From Serratia sp. H1w (GTDB lineage: Bacteria; Pseudomonadota; Gammaproteobacteria; Enterobacterales; Enterobacteriaceae): DNA of 24,000 bases. A program made the position numbers and the translations under genes. The stretch is taken from positions 12,630 through 36,629 of the forward strand of contig NZ_AYMQ01000004.1 in the NCBI RefSeq assembly GCF_000633355.1, read 5' to 3'. Position 1 is the first letter of the stretch; each line of letters opens with the position of its first letter. Below, piece by piece: positions 6,160-13,526 of the stretch. The notes beneath the pieces were generated by a model that worked only from the letters and a program-made list of their open reading frames with translations, ran no database searches and was not told the DNA's origin.

Positions 6160-8422
6160 CCTGGATCTCCTTCGACAGCTCCACGAAGAATGCGCTATAG
6201 CCGGCGACACGCACCACCAGCCCGGCGAAGTCCTGCGGCCTGGCCTGCGCTTCCTTCAGGGTTTCGGCATTCACGACGTTGAACTGCACATGCTGCAACT
6301 TGAGCTTGGTAAAGGCGCCGAGGAAATCCGCCAGTTTGTTCAGCCCCTGCTGGCCTTCCAGCGTGCTTGGGGTGAACTTCACGTTCAACAGCGTGCCGTT
6401 GGAAAGCAGGTAGTTATCCAGCTTGCTCACCGACTTCAGTACCGCCGTTGGCCCTTGGGCATCCTGGCCGAGCATCGGCGATAGCCCGCCGTCCGCCAAC
6501 TGTTCCCCGGCATAACGTCCATCCGGCGTGGCTCCCACCACCGCTCCCAATGGCACGTGGGCGGAAACGGTATAAGACCCAGGCGTAAACTGCCCCCCAC
6601 GCGGGTTGCGGTACTGCTCCACTTCTTTGCAGTAAAATCGCAGCAGATCGGCGCTGATCAGGTCGACTTCATCGATGTCGTTGCCGTATTTGTCGAAGCG
6701 ATTGATCAGCCGTGCGCGGATCTTTTCCCCTTCCGGCGTGGCGAAGTTGGCCTTCAGCGTGGCCAGCAGTTCGTCAAAACTCAGGCGCTGCTGATCGAAA
6801 ACCAGGCCTTTCAGGGCATACAGCGAGTCGCTCAGGTTGGCGATGCCGATGCCTTGTACGCCGGAGAAGTTATAGCGTGCGCCGCCTTCGGTGATGTCTT
6901 TACCGTTTTGCAGGCAGTCATCGATAAAGGAGGACAACAGCGGTACCGGAGCCCAGTCGCGGTGGCCGATATCGCAGATATTGCTGCCTTCGGCCATCAG
7001 CCGGACGTAATGACGGATTTTTTCGCGGATTTGATCCAGCAACTGCGGGTAGGTGAGGCTGGTATTGCCTTCGTTATCCAGCAACGTCAGTTCCATCACC
7101 TTCAGCAGGTTGAACATGGCAATGTCGTGCAGGCCGTAGGTACGCCCAGGGATCGACAGCTCAACGCAGCCCACCACCGCATAATCACGCGCATCTTCCA
7201 GCGAGACGCCACGGTTGAGGAACGCCGGAACCACCACTTCGTCGTTGAAGATTTGTGGAATGCCGGTGCCGAGGCGGATGGTTTCGGCGGTTTTCAGCAG
7301 GAATGGGCGATCGATAAATTCATTGACCCTTACGCCCAGGTTTGGCTGCGGCAGGCGGATATTCTGGTAGGCATCCAGGCACAGGAAGGACAGCACGTTG
7401 ACCGCGCTGCGGCCGGTTTCCGTCAGGCCGCCCAGCAAAATGGTGTAGCCGGTCGGAAAGCCAGCGAAATAACGCGCACTGGAGGTAGAGCGCAACAGCA
7501 CGATGTCGTTGCACTTCACCCACAGGCTTTCCAGCAGTTCCTTCAGGAAGGCCGGATCCTGTCCCTGATTGAGGGAGGCTTGATAGAACGGCAGCATGTA
7601 CTGATCGAAACGGCCGAGCGACAGTGAGCTGGCGTTGGATTCATACTGCAAAATGATGTTCATGTACCAGAACAGCTGGCAGGCCTGATAGAAGTCCTGC
7701 GGCTTATGGCGGGCGTTGTGGCTGGCGATCTCGGCGATCCGCAGCAGCTCGGCGCGGCGAGTTTCATCGTTGCACTGTTGCACCATCTGACGGGCCAGGC
7801 TGGCATAACGCAGGATGTGGCGCTGCGAGGCTTGCAACAGCAGCAGTGCGGCGGTGTAGAACGCATTATCTGGTTGTTGCTCAACGTGGCTTTGCAACTC
7901 GGCCAGCAGGCTATCCAGGCCGTTATTCAACAGGCGTGGGTAATCGATGATGATATGTCCCTGACCCTTGTCCGTCTGGTTGACGCTGAAAATCTGGGTC
8001 TGGGTAGCGGCTTTAACTTCTTCGGACATCTGGCCGTTGATGAAATCCTTCATCGAGCGCTGTTCCCAGTAAGGATAAAGCTGCTCGCGGTACACCTGCT
8101 TGTCGGCTTCGGAAATGGTGAAGCGATCCTGCGGGCGCGTTGGGAAAGCATCCAACTCTTTCAGCAGCCAGTAAGGGTCCATCTCTGGCGAGACGATCCC
8201 GGCACGCGGCTTCACCGTGCGGTTACCGGCGATCAGCTCGTCTTCCCGCAGGGTAATTGCTACGTGATCGAGGATATAGGCGGTGGCCTTGGCACGGCGG
8301 ATAATGGTGGGTTCTCCCTCGGTCTGCCGGTGGCTGGCGGTATAGAGCAGTGCGCGTTCGAGCGAAATTTCACGCGGGGCGGAGAACAGGGCGGCTTTGA
8401 GACGTTCGATCCGGGAGATCAT
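6125..8422 (-). CDS. pflD: Glycyl-radical enzyme, PflD type (annotated historically as formate acetyltransferase 2 but eliminase-like)
   Basis: The ORF track starts at 8467. The ATG at 8422 (MISRIERLKAALF) is preceded by AAGGAAA and gives 765 aa, the length I recall for E. coli PflD. The C-terminal glycyl-radical fingerprint is VVRVAGYSAFF (Gly codon 6200-6202). The thiyl-loop motif is VVGCVELSIPG (Cys codon 7166-7168, Glu 7160-7162). Confidence 0.92.
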   Translation of the reverse strand: MISRIERLKAALFSAPREISLERALLYTASHRQTEGEPTIIRRAKATAYILDHVAITLREDELIAGNRTVKPRAGIVSPEMDPYWLLKELDAFPTRPQDRFTISEADKQVYREQLYPYWEQRSMKDFINGQMSEEVKAATQTQIFSVNQTDKGQGHIIIDYPRLLNNGLDSLLAELQSHVEQQPDNAFYTAALLLLQASQRHILRYASLARQMVQQCNDETRRAELLRIAEIASHNARHKPQDFYQACQLFWYMNIILQYESNASSLSLGRFDQYMLPFYQASLNQGQDPAFLKELLESLWVKCNDIVLLRSTSSARYFAGFPTGYTILLGGLTETGRSAVNVLSFLCLDAYQNIRLPQPNLGVRVNEFIDRPFLLKTAETIRLGTGIPQIFNDEVVVPAFLNRGVSLEDARDYAVVGCVELSIPGRTYGLHDIAMFNLLKVMELTLLDNEGNTSLTYPQLLDQIREKIRHYVRLMAEGSNICDIGHRDWAPVPLLSSFIDDCLQNGKDITEGGARYNFSGVQGIGIANLSDSLYALKGLVFDQQRLSFDELLATLKANFATPEGEKIRARLINRFDKYGNDIDEVDLISADLLRFYCKEVEQYRNPRGGQFTPGSYTVSAHVPLGAVVGATPDGRYAGEQLADGGLSPMLGQDAQGPTAVLKSVSKLDNYLLSNGTLLNVKFTPSTLEGQQGLNKLADFLGAFTKLKLQHVQFNVVNAETLKEAQARPQDFAGLVVRVAGYSAFFVELSKEIQDDIIRRTAHQL

Positions 8423-8455
8423 CACATTTTCCTTTTGTGCGGTAATGGGGGCGGG

Positions 8456-8478
8456 AAAACCCGGCACGTGGTGCCGGG
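8456..8478 (-). terminator. Intra-operon terminator-like hairpin between frwB and pflD
   Basis: Perfect 8-bp GC-rich stem CCCGGCAC/GTGCCGGG (8460-8467 / 8471-8478) with a 3-nt loop. On the transcribed (minus) strand it is followed by TTTTCCC. Confidence 0.4.
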
Positions 8479-8490
8479 CTAGCCTTACGG

Positions 8491-8811
8491 TCAGGCCTTT
8501 TGCGCTAAATGAGCGGCAATTTTTTCCATGATGGCATCGGCACGTTTTACCGCGTCGCTGATGGCTACGCGCACCACGGTTTTCCCTTTAAAGCGTTCTT
8601 CAAACTTGATGCCGATATCCTTGGTCAGGATCACCACGTCGGCAGCGGCCACGTCTTCGGCCGTCAGTTCGTTTTCCAGGCCGATAGAGCCTTGGGTTTC
8701 CACCTTGCACTGCCAGCCTTGAGCTTTGGCGGAACGTTCAATGGCTTCGGCAGCCATGTAGGTATGGGCAACGCCAGATGGGCAAGCGGTAACAGCGATA
8801 ATCATAGTCAT
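8491..8811 (-). CDS. frwB: PTS fructose-like EIIB component
   Basis: 106-aa ORF, the same length as E. coli FrwB. The N-terminal IAVTACPSGVAHTYMAAE carries the phospho-Cys motif. GAGGAA RBS. Confidence 0.88.
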   Translation of the reverse strand: MTMIIAVTACPSGVAHTYMAAEAIERSAKAQGWQCKVETQGSIGLENELTAEDVAAADVVILTKDIGIKFEERFKGKTVVRVAISDAVKRADAIMEKIAAHLAQKA

Positions 8812-8838
8812 GGCAAATTCCTCAAAAGTATTCGTTGT

Positions 8839-8860
8839 CTCTCAGGCCGTAGCCTGAGGG
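8839..8860 (-). other. Intercistronic stem-loop between frwC and frwB
   Basis: Inverted repeat CTCTCAGGC-cgta-GCCTGAGGG read from the sequence, with no adjacent U-tract. It could act as an mRNA stabiliser or processing site. Confidence 0.3.
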
Positions 8861-8869
8861 CGTATTGAT

Positions 8870-9946
8870 TCAGTTAATTTCGAAATCCAGATCCAGATCG
8901 TCCTGGGCGGCTTTGGTGGCCTGTTTCTTGGCGGCAAAACTTTTCAGCAGGTTAACCAGCAGGGCGGTGACTACCATGCCGACCAGCAGCGCAGCAACGT
9001 AGCCGAGCTTGCCTTCAACCACTGGCAGCACAATCAACCCACCCCAACCGGCGTAGCACTGGGCACCGACCAATGCGGCGGTCACGGCGGCACAGGCGGA
9101 ACCAATCATGATGGAAGGGATAACGCGCAGCGGATCGGCGGCGGCGAACGGGATGGCCCCTTCGGTAACGCCGACGCAGCCCATCAGCAGCGCGGCTTTA
9201 CCCGCTTCGCGCTCTTCCGGGGTGTAGTATTTACGGCCAATCAGCGTGGCGAAGCCCAGACCGAGCGGTGGGGTGGCGATGGCAACGGCCGCGATGGCAA
9301 CCACGGAGTAGACGCCCTGAGCGACGCAGATCAGCATAAAGGCGTAGGCCACCTTGTTGACCGGGCCACCCATGTCAAACGCCAGCATCAGGCCCATGAT
9401 GATCGCCAGCACCACGATGCTGCCTTGCTGCATACCTTGCAGCCAGTGGGTCAGACCATTGGTCAGTGCGCCAACCGGTTCGCCCAGCCCCCACATCATG
9501 ATGCCCGCGGTGAGCAGGGTACCAATGATGGGGATCACGAAGATCGGCATCACCGAACGCAGGATCTTCGGCACCGGGATCTTCTTGAGATAGAACACAA
9601 TAATGCCGCCCAGCAGGCCAGCTATGATCGCCCCGAAGAAGCCAGCCCCGAAGGATGCGCCCACCCAGGCACCAATTGCCGAAGGAGCCAGCGCGGAGCG
9701 ATCTGAAATGGAGTAACCAATATAGGCCGCGAGGAAAGGCACCATCAGCGTTAACCCGGCCACGCCGATATCGAACAGTTTTTTCAGGTTAGGGTCGGTT
9801 GCGGCATCGGGTACTGCCCCTTTACCGTACAACATCACGGAGATAGCCAGCAAAATGCCACCGGCGACCACAAACGGGATCATATGGGAGACGCCGGTCA
9901 TTAAATGCTGGCGTGTGTTTCTTAGAATATTGAGTAGGTCTTTCAT
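8870..9946 (-). CDS. frwC: PTS fructose-like EIIC permease component
   Basis: 358-aa highly hydrophobic ORF. PTS_EIIC(Fru) family features include GGILLA, IAGLLGG and the GVTEGAIPFAAADP loop. It is the first gene of the minus-strand operon. GGGAG RBS. Confidence 0.9.
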   Translation of the reverse strand: MKDLLNILRNTRQHLMTGVSHMIPFVVAGGILLAISVMLYGKGAVPDAATDPNLKKLFDIGVAGLTLMVPFLAAYIGYSISDRSALAPSAIGAWVGASFGAGFFGAIIAGLLGGIIVFYLKKIPVPKILRSVMPIFVIPIIGTLLTAGIMMWGLGEPVGALTNGLTHWLQGMQQGSIVVLAIIMGLMLAFDMGGPVNKVAYAFMLICVAQGVYSVVAIAAVAIATPPLGLGFATLIGRKYYTPEEREAGKAALLMGCVGVTEGAIPFAAADPLRVIPSIMIGSACAAVTAALVGAQCYAGWGGLIVLPVVEGKLGYVAALLVGMVVTALLVNLLKSFAAKKQATKAAQDDLDLDFEIN

Positions 9947-10163
9947 CGTTCACTCCCTGGCCGCGACCAGCGTGCTTCTGAGATAAAACCACCAGGGAAT
10001 GACCCTTGATGGATAAAGGTTGTTGGCTATCACAATAGGCATCCGTCGCCACTATCAACAGTGGATAAAATTGCCATTTACTGGATTTTTGTATTGTCAG
10101 GAGAAAAGTGCGATCTAACTCAAAGTGTGCGACAGAAGAAACCGGGCTTGAGGGCGCAGGCTT

Positions 10164-10179
10164 TGTGAGCGACATCGCA
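10164..10179. promoter_or_regulatory. Candidate CRP-binding core (TGTGA-gcgaca-TCGCA) in the frwC/ptsA divergent control region
   Basis: 9 of 10 core positions match TGTGA-N6-TCACA. The position relative to any transcription start is unknown. Confidence 0.3.
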
Positions 10180-10306
10180 TTTATGCCGTCAGGATACATT
10201 TGTCCAGTGTTTGACATTTTTATCCGATAGCCCTGGGCCGCGCTGCGCTTCTATCCTTGTGACAAACCGGTGTTGTTCACCGCTGCTTTGGTATGAGGAA
10301 AGAGTG

Positions 10307-12808
10307 ATGGCGAAAATTGTGACGTTTACCTGCGTGCTGCCCAACGGGGTGCATGCCCGCCCAGCCAGCCATATCGAAACCCTGTGCAACGGTTTCCGTT
10401 CCCGCTTTGAATGGCACAACGCGCGCAGTGGCCGTTGCGGTGATGGCAAAAGCGTGTTGTCGCTGATCGGGACCGATACTTTGCTGGGCGACGAGTGCCG
10501 GATCACCATCGAAGGGGAAGATGAGCAGGCCGCATTTGAGCGCCTGACCCAGTTTATCGAACATGAATTCCCGCACTGTGACGAAGCGCTGCCGCAGGTG
10601 AACGACCAGGCCGAGCAGGAACCTATCCCGCAGTCTTTAGCTAATCTGAACCCAACGTTGGTACGGGCCCGTTCCGTCAACCAGGGCACTGCCAATGGCA
10701 AATTGGTGCATCTGGCGCGGGTCGATTTAAACGCTCTGTCTTTGCCGCCCGCTCACTCTATTGAACAGGAGCAGCAGCAACTGGCCGAAGGGCTAACGCG
10801 CTTTGGCAAGGCGTTGGATTTGCAACTGATGGGCGGTAACGGTACTACCACGGCGGTGCTGGAAGCGCACCGTTCATTACTGCGTGACGGCGGATTCCGT
10901 CAACACCTGCTCGACGGTGTGCTGTCAGGGGAAAGTTGCGCCGCCGCGATTGTGGCCACCGCAGCCCACTTCAGCCAACAGTTGGCGCAGTCTGCCAGTG
11001 CCTATCTGCGGGAGCGCGAACTGGATATTCGTGATGTCAGCTTCCAGCTGTTACAGCAAATTTATGGCGAGCAGCGCTTCCCGGCACAACAGGCGCTGAG
11101 TGTCGACAGCATCTGTATCACCGATGAGCTGACGCCCAGCCAATTCCTGGAACTGGATAAACGCTACTTGAAAGGCCTGTTGTTGGGCAGCGGTGGCAGC
11201 ACCTCGCATACGGTGATCCTGGCGCGCTCGTTCAACATTCCTACCCTGGTTGGCGTTGATGCCGCAGCCATGCTGCCATATCTGCATCAATCGGTGCAGA
11301 TCGACGGCGATCTTGGGCTGGTGGCCTGCGATCTCAGCGAACCGGTACGTCGTTACTATCAGCAGGAGCAGTGGCTGAGTGAGCAGATCCGCAGCCAGCA
11401 AAGCGCCTATCTGGATCAGCCGGGGCGCACTGCCGACGGCGTAAGAATGGAAGTGGCCGCCAATATCGCCCATGCGGTAGAAGCAGAAGCCGCCTTCAGC
11501 AACGGTGCCGAGGCGGTGGGCCTGTTCCGTACCGAAATGCTGTATATGGATCGCCTGACCGCGCCTTCCGAAGATGAGCTGTACAACATTTATTGCCAGG
11601 CGGTGGAAGCGGCCGCAGGCAAGACGATTATCGTGCGTACCATGGACATCGGCGGCGACAAGCCGGTGGATTACCTGAACATCCCGGCCGAAAATAACCC
11701 GTTCCTCGGCTACCGGGCGGTACGTATCTATCAGGAATTCCTGCCGCTATTCCGTACTCAGTTGCGCTCGATCCTGCGTGCTTCGGCACATGGTCCGCTG
11801 AAGATCATGATCCCGATGATCTCCTCGATGGAAGAGATCCTGTGGGTGAAGGATCAACTGGCCGAAGTGAAGCAATCGTTGCGTGCCGGGCAGATCCCGT
11901 TCGACGAAAAAATTCCGCTCGGCATCATGCTGGAAGTGCCTTCGGTGCTGTTTATCATTGACCAGTGCTGTGAGGAGATCGACTTCTTCAGCATCGGTAG
12001 CAACGACCTGACGCAGTACCTGCTGGCGGTGGATCGCGACAACGCCAAGGTCATCAAACATTACAACAGCCTGAACCCGGCGTTCCTGCGTGGGTTGGAT
12101 CATGCGGTGCGTGAAGTCCACCGCCACGGCAAATGGATCGGCCTGTGTGGCGAACTGGGGGCCAAAGGCTCGGTGCTGCCGCTGCTGGTGGGTATGGGGC
12201 TGGATGAGATCAGTATGAGCGCCCCTGCTATTGCCGCCACCAAAACCCGTCTGGCCAAGCTGGACAGCCGCGAATGCCGTTTGTTGCTCAACCGGGCCAT
12301 GGCCTGCCGGACGTCGCTGGAAGTGGAACACCTGCTGGCTCAGTTCCGCATGGAGCAAAGCGATGCTCCGCTGATCACGCCGGAATGTATCGCCCTGGGG
12401 GCCGATTGGCGCAGCAAGGAAGAGGTTATCAAAGGCATGGCGGATAACCTGCTGCTGGCTGGGCGCTGCCGCTACCCACGTAACCTTGCCGCCGACCTGT
12501 GGGCGCGTGAGGCGGTATTTTCCACCGGGCTGGGTTTTGGCTTTGCCATCCCACATACCAAATCTGAGCATATCGAACAGTCCACCATCAGCGTAGCCAA
12601 GCTGGCGCAGCCGGTCGTCTGGGGCGATGAAGAGGCCCAGTTCGTCATCATGCTGACCCTCAATAAACATGCCGCCGGGGACCAGCATATGCGCATTTTC
12701 TCCAAGCTGGCGCGGCGCATCATGCATGAAGGTTTCCGAGACGCCCTGGTGAACGCGGCATCGGCCCAACAGGTAGAGGCGTTGCTGAAACAAGAGCTTG
12801 AACTGTAA
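10307..12808 (+). CDS. ptsA: Multiphosphoryl transfer protein: fused HPr-like, Enzyme I and EIIA(Fru/Ntr-type) domains
   Basis: The ORF track starts at 10211. The ATG at 10307 (MAKIVTFTCVLPNGVHARPAS) follows GGAAAGAG and gives 833 aa, the length I recall for E. coli PtsA. Three phospho-site contexts are visible: HPr His in GVHARPAS (codon 10352-10354), EI His in GGSTSHTVILARSFNIPTLVG, and EIIA His in GFGFAIPHTKS. The EI C-terminal IGLCGELG is also present. Confidence 0.9.
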   Translation: MAKIVTFTCVLPNGVHARPASHIETLCNGFRSRFEWHNARSGRCGDGKSVLSLIGTDTLLGDECRITIEGEDEQAAFERLTQFIEHEFPHCDEALPQVNDQAEQEPIPQSLANLNPTLVRARSVNQGTANGKLVHLARVDLNALSLPPAHSIEQEQQQLAEGLTRFGKALDLQLMGGNGTTTAVLEAHRSLLRDGGFRQHLLDGVLSGESCAAAIVATAAHFSQQLAQSASAYLRERELDIRDVSFQLLQQIYGEQRFPAQQALSVDSICITDELTPSQFLELDKRYLKGLLLGSGGSTSHTVILARSFNIPTLVGVDAAAMLPYLHQSVQIDGDLGLVACDLSEPVRRYYQQEQWLSEQIRSQQSAYLDQPGRTADGVRMEVAANIAHAVEAEAAFSNGAEAVGLFRTEMLYMDRLTAPSEDELYNIYCQAVEAAAGKTIIVRTMDIGGDKPVDYLNIPAENNPFLGYRAVRIYQEFLPLFRTQLRSILRASAHGPLKIMIPMISSMEEILWVKDQLAEVKQSLRAGQIPFDEKIPLGIMLEVPSVLFIIDQCCEEIDFFSIGSNDLTQYLLAVDRDNAKVIKHYNSLNPAFLRGLDHAVREVHRHGKWIGLCGELGAKGSVLPLLVGMGLDEISMSAPAIAATKTRLAKLDSRECRLLLNRAMACRTSLEVEHLLAQFRMEQSDAPLITPECIALGADWRSKEEVIKGMADNLLLAGRCRYPRNLAADLWAREAVFSTGLGFGFAIPHTKSEHIEQSTISVAKLAQPVVWGDEEAQFVIMLTLNKHAAGDQHMRIFSKLARRIMHEGFRDALVNAASAQQVEALLKQELEL

Positions 12809-12817
12809 TTCATTCTT

Positions 12818-12833
12818 GGGCGCTGCGGCGCCC
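12818..12833 (+). terminator. Short GC hairpin (GGGCGC-tgcg-GCGCCC) followed by TTCATATTT, between ptsA and fsaB
   Basis: Read directly from the sequence. It lies 10 nt after the ptsA stop and 26 nt before the fsaB ATG. It may be a partial terminator or a processing/stabilising element. Confidence 0.35.
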
Positions 12834-12859
12834 TTCATATTTAGTCTTGAGGAGCAATT

Positions 12860-13525
12860 ATGGAACTCTATCTGGATACTGCTGATATCAATGCGGTGAA
12901 ACGTCTCGCACGGGTATTGCCATTGCAAGGGGTGACGACCAACCCAAGCATTGTGGCCGCATCACGCACGTCACTATGGGAAGTGCTGCCTGCGTTGCGC
13001 GATATCATCGGTGGGGAAGGGAAGCTGTTTGCCCAGGTGATGGCCGCCAAGGCCGATCAGATGGTAGAAGAAGCGGTATTGCTCAACCGACGCGTTCCTG
13101 GCCTGGTGGTGAAAGTGCCGGTAACCGGTGAAGGACTGGCCGCTATCAAAACCCTGCGTGGCATGGGCATTCCAACGTTAGGTACGGCGGTTTATGGGGC
13201 GGCACAGGGGCTGCTTTCTGCTCTGGCGGGGGCGGAGTATGTGGCACCTTACGTCAACCGGGTAGATGCTCAGGGCGGCAATGGCATTGCTACCGTGCAA
13301 GAATTGCAGCATTTGCTGGAACTGCATGCTCCGCAGGCCAAAGTGCTGGCAGCCAGCTTCAAAACCCCACGGCAGGCGCTGGAGTGTCTGCTGGCAGGTT
13401 GTGAAGCTATTACCTTACCGGTCGATGTTGCCGAGCAGTTTATCAGTGCTCCGGCGGTGCAGGCGGCGGTAGAAAAGTTTGAGCACGATTGGCACGGCGC
13501 GTTTGGTACCTTGGCGCTGAGCTAA
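12860..13525 (+). CDS. fsaB: Fructose-6-phosphate aldolase 2 type (transaldolase-fold class I aldolase, TalC/FsaB)
   Basis: 221-aa [20 protein letters not shown], the Schiff-base Lys context [44 protein letters not shown] and [22 protein letters not shown] are near-identical to E. coli FsaB. GAGGAG RBS. Confidence 0.92.
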   Translation: MELYLDTADINAVKRLARVLPLQGVTTNPSIVAASRTSLWEVLPALRDIIGGEGKLFAQVMAAKADQMVEEAVLLNRRVPGLVVKVPVTGEGLAAIKTLRGMGIPTLGTAVYGAAQGLLSALAGAEYVAPYVNRVDAQGGNGIATVQELQHLLELHAPQAKVLAASFKTPRQALECLLAGCEAITLPVDVAEQFISAPAVQAAVEKFEHDWHGAFGTLALS

Positions 13526-13526
13526 G

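Noticed and set aside
6557-7627. 356-aa plus-strand ORF (also 7706-8482 at 258 aa and 6116-6484 at 122 aa) lying antisense to pflD
   Set aside because: It lies entirely within a strongly supported 765-aa GRE gene on the opposite strand. The translation is low-complexity and rich in Q/A/R/G, with no recognisable motif. This is the typical stop-poor shadow frame of GC-rich coding DNA.
6125-8422. Calling pflD a pyruvate formate-lyase / formate acetyltransferase
   Set aside because: The active-site loop has a single Cys followed by Val-Glu (GCVE) rather than the Cys-Cys of PFL/TdcE. The genomic context is a PTS plus an aldolase, not pta/ackA or focA.
8423-8467. N-terminal extensions offered by the ORF track: pflD 8423-8467, ptsA 10211-10306, pflC 6160-6210, yijO-like 3804-3884, ysgA 14530-14601, ubiE 21735-21749, ubiJ 22477-22506, rmuC 20109-20123
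   Set aside because: Internal starts have proper RBSs and reproduce the lengths and N-termini of the E. coli orthologues (765, 833 and 251 aa). The extensions run through hairpins, promoters or the preceding gene.
10211-10216. Perfect -35 hexamer TTGACA upstream of ptsA
   Set aside because: No acceptable -10 hexamer lies 16-18 bp downstream (the sequence there is CCCTGG/GCCGCG), so I do not call a promoter from it.
9947-10306. Search for an FNR box (TTGAT-N4-ATCAA) controlling the glycyl-radical operon
   Set aside because: Only weak half-site matches were found (e.g. TTGATggatAAAGG at about 10006). None is good enough to report as a site, and the absence is noted under findings instead.
11747-12928. 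393-aa minus-strand ORF antisense to the ptsA 3' half and the fsaB start
   Set aside because: It is a shadow ORF opposite two genes with near-identical E. coli homologues. It has no motifs or RBS and crosses an intergenic hairpin.
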